Shown piece by piece: positions 56,975 through 64,000 of a stretch of 64,000 nt of DNA (its first letter is position 1; each line of letters begins with the position of its first letter). The notes beneath the pieces were generated by a model. It saw only the letters and a program-made list of their open reading frames with translations, was not told the DNA's origin and did no database searches. Origin of the DNA: Clostridia bacterium (GTDB taxonomy: Bacteria > Bacillota > Clostridia > Christensenellales > UBA1242); contig JAVVRP010000001.1 of assembly GCA_036654655.1 (NCBI GenBank), positions 74,426-138,425 of the forward strand. Direction: 5' to 3'. The position numbers and the translations under genes were made by a program.

Positions 56975-58260
56975 ATTTTATCCTTTTCAATTTTAGTTTT
57001 TCCACCCATATACATTTGCAAAGGTTTTGGAATATCAACAGACCCATCTGCGTTTAAATGGTTTTCCAAAAAATTAATAAGCATTCTTGGAGGGGCCACA
57101 ACGGTGTTATTCAAGGTATGTGCAAACACAGTTCCATCGGGAGTTTTGTATCTTATGCCAAGCCTTCTAGCCTGTGCATCAGTTAAATTTGAGCAACTGC
57201 CCGCTTCAAAATATCTTTGTTGTCTTGGGCTCCACGCTTCAATGTCCACACCTTTGTATTTTAAATCTGCAAGATCGCCGGAACAACTTTCTAAAATTCT
57301 TACAGGAATGTTTAAACTAACAAAAAAGTCAACGCTCATTTGTTGCATTTTTTCAAACCAGAATCCACTTTCTTCGGGTTTACAAATAACAATCATTTCT
57401 TGTTTTTCAAATTGATGGATTCTGTAAACTCCACGCTCCTCAATTCCGTGTGCACCTTTTTCTTTACGAAAACATGGTGAATAACTTGTTAGTTTAATTG
57501 GTAATTTATCTATGTTTAATATTGTATTTTGAAATCGGCCTATCATTGAATGTTCACTTGTTCCAATTAAATATAAATCTTCTCCTTCAATTTTATACAT
57601 CATGTTGTCCATTTCATCAAAACTCATAACGCCATCAACAACATTACTTCTTATCATAAATGGAGGAATAACATATGTAAAGCCCCTATCTATCATAAAA
57701 TCACGTGCATAAGCCAAAATTGCAGAATGCAAACGTGCAATGTCACCCATTAAATAATAAAATCCATTTCCGCTTGTTTTCCTTGCACTATCAATGTCAA
57801 TTCCATTTAAATTTTCCATTATATCCAAATGATATGGAACTTCAAAATCTTTAAGTTTAGGTTCCAAAAATCGTTTTATTTCAACGTTTTTTGTGTCATT
57901 TTCCCCTATTGGAACATCGTTTGCAATAATGTTTGGCAATGCCATTAAAATTTTTTTAACTTGCTCCGCCAATTCGGCTTCTTTTTTTTCTAAATGTATT
58001 TGGTCTATATTAATTTGCTCCACTTGTTTTTTTGCATAGTTTGCCTGCTCAAATTGTTTTGATTGCATTAATTTGCCAATTTCCGTGGACAATTTGTTAC
58101 GCTGTTGGCGAGCAAAATCACCTTGTTGCTTAACTTCACGCAATTGTTTGTCAAAATCTAAAAATTCATCTACCAAAAGCAGTTTTTTATTTTGAAATTT
58201 TTTAATTAAATTTTCCTTAACTTTATCTGGATTATTTCTAATAAATTCTTGTGAAAGCAT
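56971..58260 (-). CDS. serS: Seryl-tRNA synthetase
   Basis: N-terminal coiled-coil arm and class II core (YLIGTSEH, FRKEKGAHG, RIHQFEKQE, GSCSNLTDAQARR). Confidence 0.95.
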   Translation of the reverse strand: MLSQEFIRNNPDKVKENLIKKFQNKKLLLVDEFLDFDKQLREVKQQGDFARQQRNKLSTEIGKLMQSKQFEQANYAKKQVEQINIDQIHLEKKEAELAEQVKKILMALPNIIANDVPIGENDTKNVEIKRFLEPKLKDFEVPYHLDIMENLNGIDIDSARKTSGNGFYYLMGDIARLHSAILAYARDFMIDRGFTYVIPPFMIRSNVVDGVMSFDEMDNMMYKIEGEDLYLIGTSEHSMIGRFQNTILNIDKLPIKLTSYSPCFRKEKGAHGIEERGVYRIHQFEKQEMIVICKPEESGFWFEKMQQMSVDFFVSLNIPVRILESCSGDLADLKYKGVDIEAWSPRQQRYFEAGSCSNLTDAQARRLGIRYKTPDGTVFAHTLNNTVVAPPRMLINFLENHLNADGSVDIPKPLQMYMGGKTKIEKDKI

Positions 58261-58394
58261 GTGTAAATTCCCCTTTACATTGATATATTATATATCTAAA
58301 ATGTTGTCTATGTCAAATATAATTATAATCCAAAAAAATTATATTAAGTTTGATTTTTATTAGCAAATTATGCTAAACTGATAAAAAGGAAATC

Positions 58395-59429
58395 ATGGAA
58401 AAAAGTTACATTGCAACACGCAACAAAAAAAACATGGAAGCACTTTCACGGATTTCTGAAAATCTTCCGGATTGTTGTTTTCAATTTTTGGTTGGAATGG
58501 AAGGTTACACCTCCCCCCTTACACGACTAAATTATGCTTGTGATTTGTCAATTTTTTTTCAATTTTTAAGTGAAAATGTTTTTAAAAAAAATATTAAAAA
58601 AATTTTATTAGAAGATATTAATAATTTAAAATCAATTGATATAGAATCTTTTTTAAACAACTTGAATTATTATCAATATCATGGCAAAAATTTTAGTAAT
58701 GGCGAACGAGCAAAAGGAAGAAAACTTGCAACTATTCGCAGTTTTTTAAAGTTCCATTTTAACAAAGATAACATTAAAAGTAATGTTGCAAGCAAAGTTG
58801 CTACTCCAAAATTACATGAAAAAGAAATAATTAGGTTGGAACCTAATGAAGTTGTTAAGATTATTAATCTTGCAGAAAATCCGGGATTAGGTTTATCCAA
58901 AAAACAATCCAGTTATGAAAATAAAACTGCAATTCGTGACACCGCAATCCTTACTATCCTGCTTGGAACAGGCATTCGTGTTAGCGAGTGTGTTGGGCTT
59001 AATATTTTGGACATAGACTTTGAGTCCAATGCATTTAAAATTACGCGAAAAGGTGGAAATAGAGTTGTATTATATTTTTCAAATGAAATAGGTGATTCTC
59101 TTAAAAAGTGGATTGAAAAAAGAGAAGAAATGGCAGATGAAAATAACCCCGAAAATGCACTGTTCCTTTCTTTACAAAAAAAACGTCTTTGCGTTAAATC
59201 AATAGAAAATATTGTAAAAAAATACGCAAAAGTAATTTCACCTTTAAAAAACATTTCACCACATAAGTTACGTAGCACATATGGTACAAATTTATATCGT
59301 GAAACTGGCGACATATACATTGTTGCAGAAGTTTTGGGGCATAAAGATGTTAACACAACAAAAAAGCACTATGCTGCAATAAGTGATGATATAAGGCGGG
59401 ATGCAGCCGAAAAAGTTAAACTTCGTTAA
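58395..59429 (+). CDS. Tyrosine recombinase (XerC/XerD-like)
   Basis: R..HxxR..H..Y catalytic set: GTGIRVSE, HKLRST, LGHKDVNTTKKHY. SAM-like N-terminal domain. Confidence 0.8.
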   Translation: MEKSYIATRNKKNMEALSRISENLPDCCFQFLVGMEGYTSPLTRLNYACDLSIFFQFLSENVFKKNIKKILLEDINNLKSIDIESFLNNLNYYQYHGKNFSNGERAKGRKLATIRSFLKFHFNKDNIKSNVASKVATPKLHEKEIIRLEPNEVVKIINLAENPGLGLSKKQSSYENKTAIRDTAILTILLGTGIRVSECVGLNILDIDFESNAFKITRKGGNRVVLYFSNEIGDSLKKWIEKREEMADENNPENALFLSLQKKRLCVKSIENIVKKYAKVISPLKNISPHKLRSTYGTNLYRETGDIYIVAEVLGHKDVNTTKKHYAAISDDIRRDAAEKVKLR

Positions 59430-59440
59430 TATTTTTAACT

Positions 59441-59481
59441 AGAACAAACGTTTGACATTAACTAATAAAGTATGGTATGAT
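59441..59481 (+). promoter_or_regulatory. lexA promoter with an overlapping SOS (LexA/DinR) box
   Basis: aGAACAAACGTTTg (59441-59454) fits the Firmicute box GAAC-N4-GTT(C/T). It overlaps TTGACA (59452-59457). TATGAT lies 18 nt downstream. Confidence 0.55.
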
Positions 59482-59500
59482 AAAAAAAGCAGAGGTTAAA

Positions 59501-60112
59501 ATGAGAACATCCGAAACAAAAATCGAAGAAATGATTGTACATTTAAGGGAAAGTATAAGTAAAAATGGTTTTCCACCTTCTTACAGAGAACTTGCAAGTG
59601 ACCTTGACGTTAAATCAATTAACACAATTAAAATTATGCTAGATAAAATTGAAGAACGTGGAATTATAAGGCGCCAAGCAGGAAAAAACCGAACAATAGA
59701 ATTTACAGACAAAACAAGCAAGAAAAACGAAAAGTTGCTTGAAATGCCTCTTGTTGGAAAAATTACAGCAGGCACTCCAATTTTGGCAACAGAAAATTTT
59801 GAAGAAACAATAAAAGTTTCACGTTCAATTTTTAATGAAGCGGATGGAGTTTTTATGCTTAGAGTTTCTGGCGATAGCATGATAGACGCAGGAATTTTTG
59901 ATGGTGATTTTATTGTTGTTAGAAAACAAGATTCCGCCGAAAACGGAGATATTGTTGCTGCAATGTTTGATGGTTGTGCAACAGTTAAAACTTTTTACAA
60001 AGAAAACGGATTTGTTAGATTACAACCACAAAATAATAAATATACACCAATAATTGTAAAAAATGATTTATCAATTTTAGGCAAGGTTATTGGATTAATT
60101 CGTAGATTTTAA
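59501..60112 (+). CDS. lexA: LexA repressor
   Basis: N-terminal wHTH (GFPPSYRELA), Ala-Gly cleavage site (KITAGTP), and Ser/Lys dyad (VSGDSM, VVRKQ). ATG 59501 follows GAGG. Confidence 0.93.
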   Translation: MRTSETKIEEMIVHLRESISKNGFPPSYRELASDLDVKSINTIKIMLDKIEERGIIRRQAGKNRTIEFTDKTSKKNEKLLEMPLVGKITAGTPILATENFEETIKVSRSIFNEADGVFMLRVSGDSMIDAGIFDGDFIVVRKQDSAENGDIVAAMFDGCATVKTFYKENGFVRLQPQNNKYTPIIVKNDLSILGKVIGLIRRF

Positions 60113-60114
60113 AA

Positions 60115-61335
60115 TCATTCTTTATTTTTATATCCAAATTTTTCTGCAATTATTTTTGCAACAATTTTTGCGTGTTCATATGTTAATCCGCCTTGATAAT
60201 ATCCAACAAAAGGCTTTTTAATTGGTGCATCCGCACTCATCTCAATTGAAGAACCTGAAACAAAAGCACCTGACGCCATTATAACTTTGTCTGTATAACC
60301 CGGCATATCCCATGGCTCGGCGGAAACATAACTGTCAACAGGAGAATATTTTTGAATTGTTTGAACAAATGCGATTAATTCTTCTTCTTTTTCAAATTTA
60401 ATAGATTTAATTATATCATAGGCATCCTGATTTGAGTTTGGCATAACTTCATATCCAAAAGTGTTTAAAACTTCACCAATTAAATAAGAACCTTTAAGCG
60501 CTTGCAAAACAATATGTGGCGCTAAAAATAAACCTTGATAAAAACTTCGATATCCACCCTCATAAGAACCAACTTCGCTTCCAAGTGATGGGGATGTTAG
60601 CCTTTTTGCAACAAGTTCAACAGCCTCGTTTGAACCAACAATATATGCGCCAGTTGGAGCAATTCCCCCGCCTGCGTTTTTAATTAATGAACCAACAACC
60701 AAATCAGCCAATGGCTCGTATTCTTCAACAAATTCACCATAACAATTATCAACCATAAAAAAAGAATTTGGAGAAATTTCACGCAATTTTTCAATTGCGC
60801 TATTAATATTTTTTACAGATATTGCGCTTCTCCATTCATATCCCCTGCTACGTTGAAAATAAATTAATTTAGGCTTTAACTCTTTTGCGATCTCAGTTGC
60901 ATTTTGCATATCAATTTGATTATTTTTTAAATTTAAAATTTTTGTCTGAATTCCAAAATCTTTTAAACTGCCAATATTTTCACCTTCAATAACATCAACA
61001 AGTGTGTCATATGGCATCCCAGTTACACAAAACAACACATCTCCGGGCCTTAAAATACCAAAAAGAGATGCCGACAGTGCATGCGTTCCACATGAAATAT
61101 GAGGAGAAACAATTCCCGATTCCGCACCAAAAACACGAGCAAAAACTTTGCCCAAAGCGTCTCTTCCAATATCGTCATAGCCATAACCAGTTGTGCCTGA
61201 AAAATGTCTGGAACTTATTTCATATTCCCTAAATGCATTAAGCACTTTTTCTTGATTTATAAGTGCAATATTTTCTAAAATAGAAAATCTTTTTTCTAAT
61301 TTTTTTTCTGCAAATTCAATAATATCTCTTTTCAT
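60115..61335 (-). CDS. ynbB: PLP-dependent Cys/Met-metabolism family protein (YnbB, 'aluminium resistance' family)
   Basis: 406 aa. SGTTGYGYDDIGRD near the N-terminus is typical of the YnbB family. Sits next to lexA and miaA, as in many Clostridia. Confidence 0.75.
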   Translation of the reverse strand: MKRDIIEFAEKKLEKRFSILENIALINQEKVLNAFREYEISSRHFSGTTGYGYDDIGRDALGKVFARVFGAESGIVSPHISCGTHALSASLFGILRPGDVLFCVTGMPYDTLVDVIEGENIGSLKDFGIQTKILNLKNNQIDMQNATEIAKELKPKLIYFQRSRGYEWRSAISVKNINSAIEKLREISPNSFFMVDNCYGEFVEEYEPLADLVVGSLIKNAGGGIAPTGAYIVGSNEAVELVAKRLTSPSLGSEVGSYEGGYRSFYQGLFLAPHIVLQALKGSYLIGEVLNTFGYEVMPNSNQDAYDIIKSIKFEKEEELIAFVQTIQKYSPVDSYVSAEPWDMPGYTDKVIMASGAFVSGSSIEMSADAPIKKPFVGYYQGGLTYEHAKIVAKIIAEKFGYKNKE

Positions 61336-61346
61336 GTTGCCCTCTT

Positions 61347-62282
61347 TTATTTATTTTGATTGAATATTTCAATTATTTTTAAAACAGCCGTTTCCTTATT
61401 TTGCGAGTCAACAAAATTAACATTTTCCATATTCCTTAACAGTGTTAATTGTCTTTTTGCGTAATTTCTGGATTTTTGTTTAATATGTTCAACACACACA
61501 TCGAGAGATTTTTCACCATTAAAATATGGAATTAACTCTTTAAAACCTATTGCCTGAGTGCATTGATTGTTTTCATTGATGCCATTGTCCAATAATGTTT
61601 TAACTTCATTAAGTAATCCTTTTTTTACCATTTCATCCACTCTGTTGTTTATCTTTTCATAAAGCAACTGCCTGGGAATATCCAGTGCAATAATAACCGT
61701 TTTTATTTCTATTTTGTTATCCGCCACTTTAATTTTTCCGTTTTCATCAAGTTGAGTTTTAATTATATTATCACCAAATTCTTCAATTTCAAGTGCTCTG
61801 ATAATTCTTTTTTCATCATTCAATGATATACAATTCGCGCGCTGTGGACAAATTTTGTAAAGCATTTCATGCAAAAATGCACTGCCCTGCACATTGGCAA
61901 TTTTTTGAAGGCGACTTCTAAATTCTTCATGTTTTTCTGTGTTTCCAAAACTAAAATTACCATCAAGAGCCTTAATGTATAGCCCCGTTCCTCCAACAAC
62001 AATAGGAACTTTGCCTCTAATTGTAATTTCTTTAATTAAATTTTTTGTTTGTGTCAGATGTTCGCTTGCCGAAAATTCTTTGCTTGGCTTGCAAATGTCA
62101 ATTAAATGATGTGGAATATTTTGCATTTCTTCTGCTGTTATTTTGCCCGAAAGCAAGTTAAGACCACAAAAAACCTGCACACTATCCGCAGATATAATTT
62201 CCCCACCAATTTTTTTTGCAACCAAAACAGCAATATCACTTTTTCCTGTGCTTGTTGGCCCGGTTATAACCAAAACTTTCAT
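61347..62282 (-). CDS. miaA: tRNA dimethylallyltransferase
   Basis: P-loop GPTSTGKS, VGGTGLY and HHLID motifs. Confidence 0.93.
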   Translation of the reverse strand: MKVLVITGPTSTGKSDIAVLVAKKIGGEIISADSVQVFCGLNLLSGKITAEEMQNIPHHLIDICKPSKEFSASEHLTQTKNLIKEITIRGKVPIVVGGTGLYIKALDGNFSFGNTEKHEEFRSRLQKIANVQGSAFLHEMLYKICPQRANCISLNDEKRIIRALEIEEFGDNIIKTQLDENGKIKVADNKIEIKTVIIALDIPRQLLYEKINNRVDEMVKKGLLNEVKTLLDNGINENNQCTQAIGFKELIPYFNGEKSLDVCVEHIKQKSRNYAKRQLTLLRNMENVNFVDSQNKETAVLKIIEIFNQNK

Positions 62283-64000
62283 TAAACAATCCTTTTAAAA
62301 AGTTTTTCAAAACTATTTTTGTTCATTTTTAAAACAAAAGGTCTGCCATGAGGGCATAATAATACACCATTGTTTTGTTCAAACTTGGCAATTAATATTT
62401 CTATTTCATTTTTACAAAGTTGTTGTCCCGCCTTAACTGCACTTTTACATGCACGAGTTGCTAATTCATTTTTAATAAATTCAGCAGGCTTTTTTGATAG
62501 CGAAGATAAATCTTCAAGCAAATTATTAAAAAATTGCTTTAAATTAATTTGCGAAAGTGATAACGGAACAGCACTTATTTTAAAGCAATTATTGCCAAAT
62601 TGAGATATAAAAAATCCATAATCATTTAAACATTCTTGCCACTCACACAAAAAATTAACTTCAGCAGGATTTACGCTTAAAATTTCTGGAATAAGTAAGT
62701 TTTGAACTACAATGGAGCCGTCTTTTGCCTCTTTAACAAACTTGTCAAACAATTGTCTTTCGTGTGCAGCGTGTTGATCAATAAAATATGCACAATCCTT
62801 GCATTCAACAATAACGTAAGTTAAAAATAGAGTTCCTATAATCTTGTATGATAACATATCCTCAAAAAAGTTTTGGCTTTTACTTTCAGTTACAACATCT
62901 AATTTTTCTTCCTTAATTGGCGTTATATTATCCAAATCTATCCCGTGCTGTATAACAGAATTGCTTTCAAAAACAAAATCTTTTTGCGACTCATTAAATT
63001 TTTTTTGTGCAAAATCCTTAAAATAATCTTCATATTTATTATCTTGCACAGTATCTTTGTTGCCGTTGGTGTTTATGTGGTCAATTTCTTTAATTTCACT
63101 ATCTCTATTTTGTAAGGGTAAAAATTTATATGAGTTTTCAAATTTGTTGCTAACACCAAAAAAATCTTTTTCAACTGCATTTTTTGAAATGCATTCATAA
63201 ACTGCCGATGATATCAATGAAAAAACAAAATTTGGGTTGGCAAATTTAACTTCCAATTTGTTTGGATGGACATTAACGTCAAGGTCACCTGCTGGTAATT
63301 CCAATTTTAAAATAAAAACTGGAAACACACCTTTCATTAAAAAGTTTTTAAACCCAACTGCAACAGCGGAAGAAACAGTTTGATTTTGAACATATCTGCC
63401 ATTAACAAAAATACTTTGATATGTTCTGTTTGCTTTTGAAAATGGTGGGTTTGATATATATCCTGTTACCTTATATTTACCACTTGATTTTGACACTTCA
63501 ACCATATTATCTGCGATTTCATTGCCATATATTGTGTATATTATGTCATACATAGTACTACATGTTGTGTTATATATTATCTTTGAATTTACAATATATT
63601 TAAAATTAATCATAGGGTTAGACAAAATAAATTTTTGCACAACATTGGTTATTTCATTTTCCTCAGTTTTGGGTTTACGCAAAAATTTTGCCCTTGCAGG
63701 CACATTGTAAAACAAATTTCTTACAATTATAGATGTCCCGTTTGCACATGAAATTGGAAAAGTTTTTATAAACTCTCCACCTTCAATAATAATTTTTGTT
63801 CCAAGTTGCTCTGTTGCAGTTTTTGTTGTTAATTCTACTTTTGCAACTGCCGAAATGCTACTTAATGCCTCGCCACGAAAACCCATCGTGGCGAGTGTGT
63901 TTAAATCTTCAATGCATTTTATTTTGCTTGTTGCATGTGGCATAAATGCAAGTTCAACATCTTCACTTGTTATTCCACAGCCGTTATCATAAATTGCAAT
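62282..64000 (-). CDS. mutL: DNA mismatch repair protein MutL (N-terminus lies beyond the window end)
   Basis: The frame stays open past the track's Met, through ...IAIYDNGCGITSEDVELAF, to nt 64000. GFRGEALSSI motif and C-terminal dimerisation/endonuclease domain (DQHAAHER, ACKSAVKAG). Confidence 0.93.
   Translation of the reverse strand: MAIYDNGCGITSEDVELAFMPHATSKIKCIEDLNTLATMGFRGEALSSISAVAKVELTTKTATEQLGTKIIIEGGEFIKTFPISCANGTSIIVRNLFYNVPARAKFLRKPKTEENEITNVVQKFILSNPMINFKYIVNSKIIYNTTCSTMYDIIYTIYGNEIADNMVEVSKSSGKYKVTGYISNPPFSKANRTYQSIFVNGRYVQNQTVSSAVAVGFKNFLMKGVFPVFILKLELPAGDLDVNVHPNKLEVKFANPNFVFSLISSAVYECISKNAVEKDFFGVSNKFENSYKFLPLQNRDSEIKEIDHINTNGNKDTVQDNKYEDYFKDFAQKKFNESQKDFVFESNSVIQHGIDLDNITPIKEEKLDVVTESKSQNFFEDMLSYKIIGTLFLTYVIVECKDCAYFIDQHAAHERQLFDKFVKEAKDGSIVVQNLLIPEILSVNPAEVNFLCEWQECLNDYGFFISQFGNNCFKISAVPLSLSQINLKQFFNNLLEDLSSLSKKPAEFIKNELATRACKSAVKAGQQLCKNEIEILIAKFEQNNGVLLCPHGRPFVLKMNKNSFEKLFKRIV

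Noticed and set aside
58395-59429. Tyrosine recombinase as the marker of an integrated mobile element or prophage
   Set aside because: There are no flanking phage or conjugation genes, no adjacent tRNA or att-like direct repeats, and the composition matches the surroundings. The gene is embedded between serS and lexA, so it is more likely a chromosomal Xer-type recombinase.
1-64000. Defence islands, toxin-antitoxin pairs, CRISPR-Cas, restriction-modification systems, prophage or secondary-metabolite clusters
   Set aside because: I found none. Every ORF longer than 100 aa that I accept is a housekeeping or sporulation gene, or one of the few unknowns listed under findings.

Overview
This is a low-GC (about 30% by eye) core chromosomal segment from an endospore-forming Firmicute, probably Clostridia-like. 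Its gene blocks mirror Bacillus subtilis synteny. From left to right the window holds: uppS(partial)-cdsA-rseP; a PolC-like ORF with an exonuclease but no polymerase; rimP-nusA-ylxR-ylxQ-infB; rbfA-nrnA-truB; an Endo IV-like gene; efp; the full spoIIIAA-AH operon; asp23-nusB-xseA-xseB-proS; a DUF21-like membrane gene; argR-recN-spoIVB; a SpoIIM-like gene (-); punA; a dacF-like gene; an M50 protease; scpA-scpB-ytfI-ytfJ-dacB-rluB-plsC; then on the minus strand tRNA-Thr, cysS and a six-tRNA cluster; a fabG-like gene; spoIIAA-spoIIAB-sigF; a large repeat-bearing Cys-rich lipoprotein (-); spoVAC-AD-AE; yunB and an rluD-like gene (-); a Phe T-box leader followed by pheS-pheT-iscS-thiI; rny; a membrane-anchored PadR-like regulator (-); an unknown ORF translationally coupled to serS (-); a xer-like recombinase and lexA; and ynbB-miaA-mutL(partial) (-). 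I found no CRISPR array, IS element, prophage or recognisable defence island, so the window is mostly ordinary housekeeping and sporulation genes. Five items deserve a second look. (1) A 513-aa ORF at the canonical polC position that looks like PolC N-terminal + OB + DEDDh exonuclease without PHP or polymerase domains. (2) An 842-aa lipoprotein between sigF and spoVAC carrying two near-identical 109-aa modules with 10 Cys each, plus an N/Y/G-rich low-complexity tail. (3) A 10-15 nt motif ((A/G)GTACTATGCAA) that occurs six times. One pair lies in an atypical 180-bp gap splitting spoIIIAC from spoIIIAD. A second pair lies just upstream of the sigma-A promoter of the PadR-like gene. (4) The PadR-like regulator itself, a 522-aa fusion to a C-terminal multi-TM domain. 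(5) A serS-coupled ORF that may be a nucleotidyltransferase-fold protein with a degenerate active site. All functional calls come from motif recognition by eye. No database search was run.
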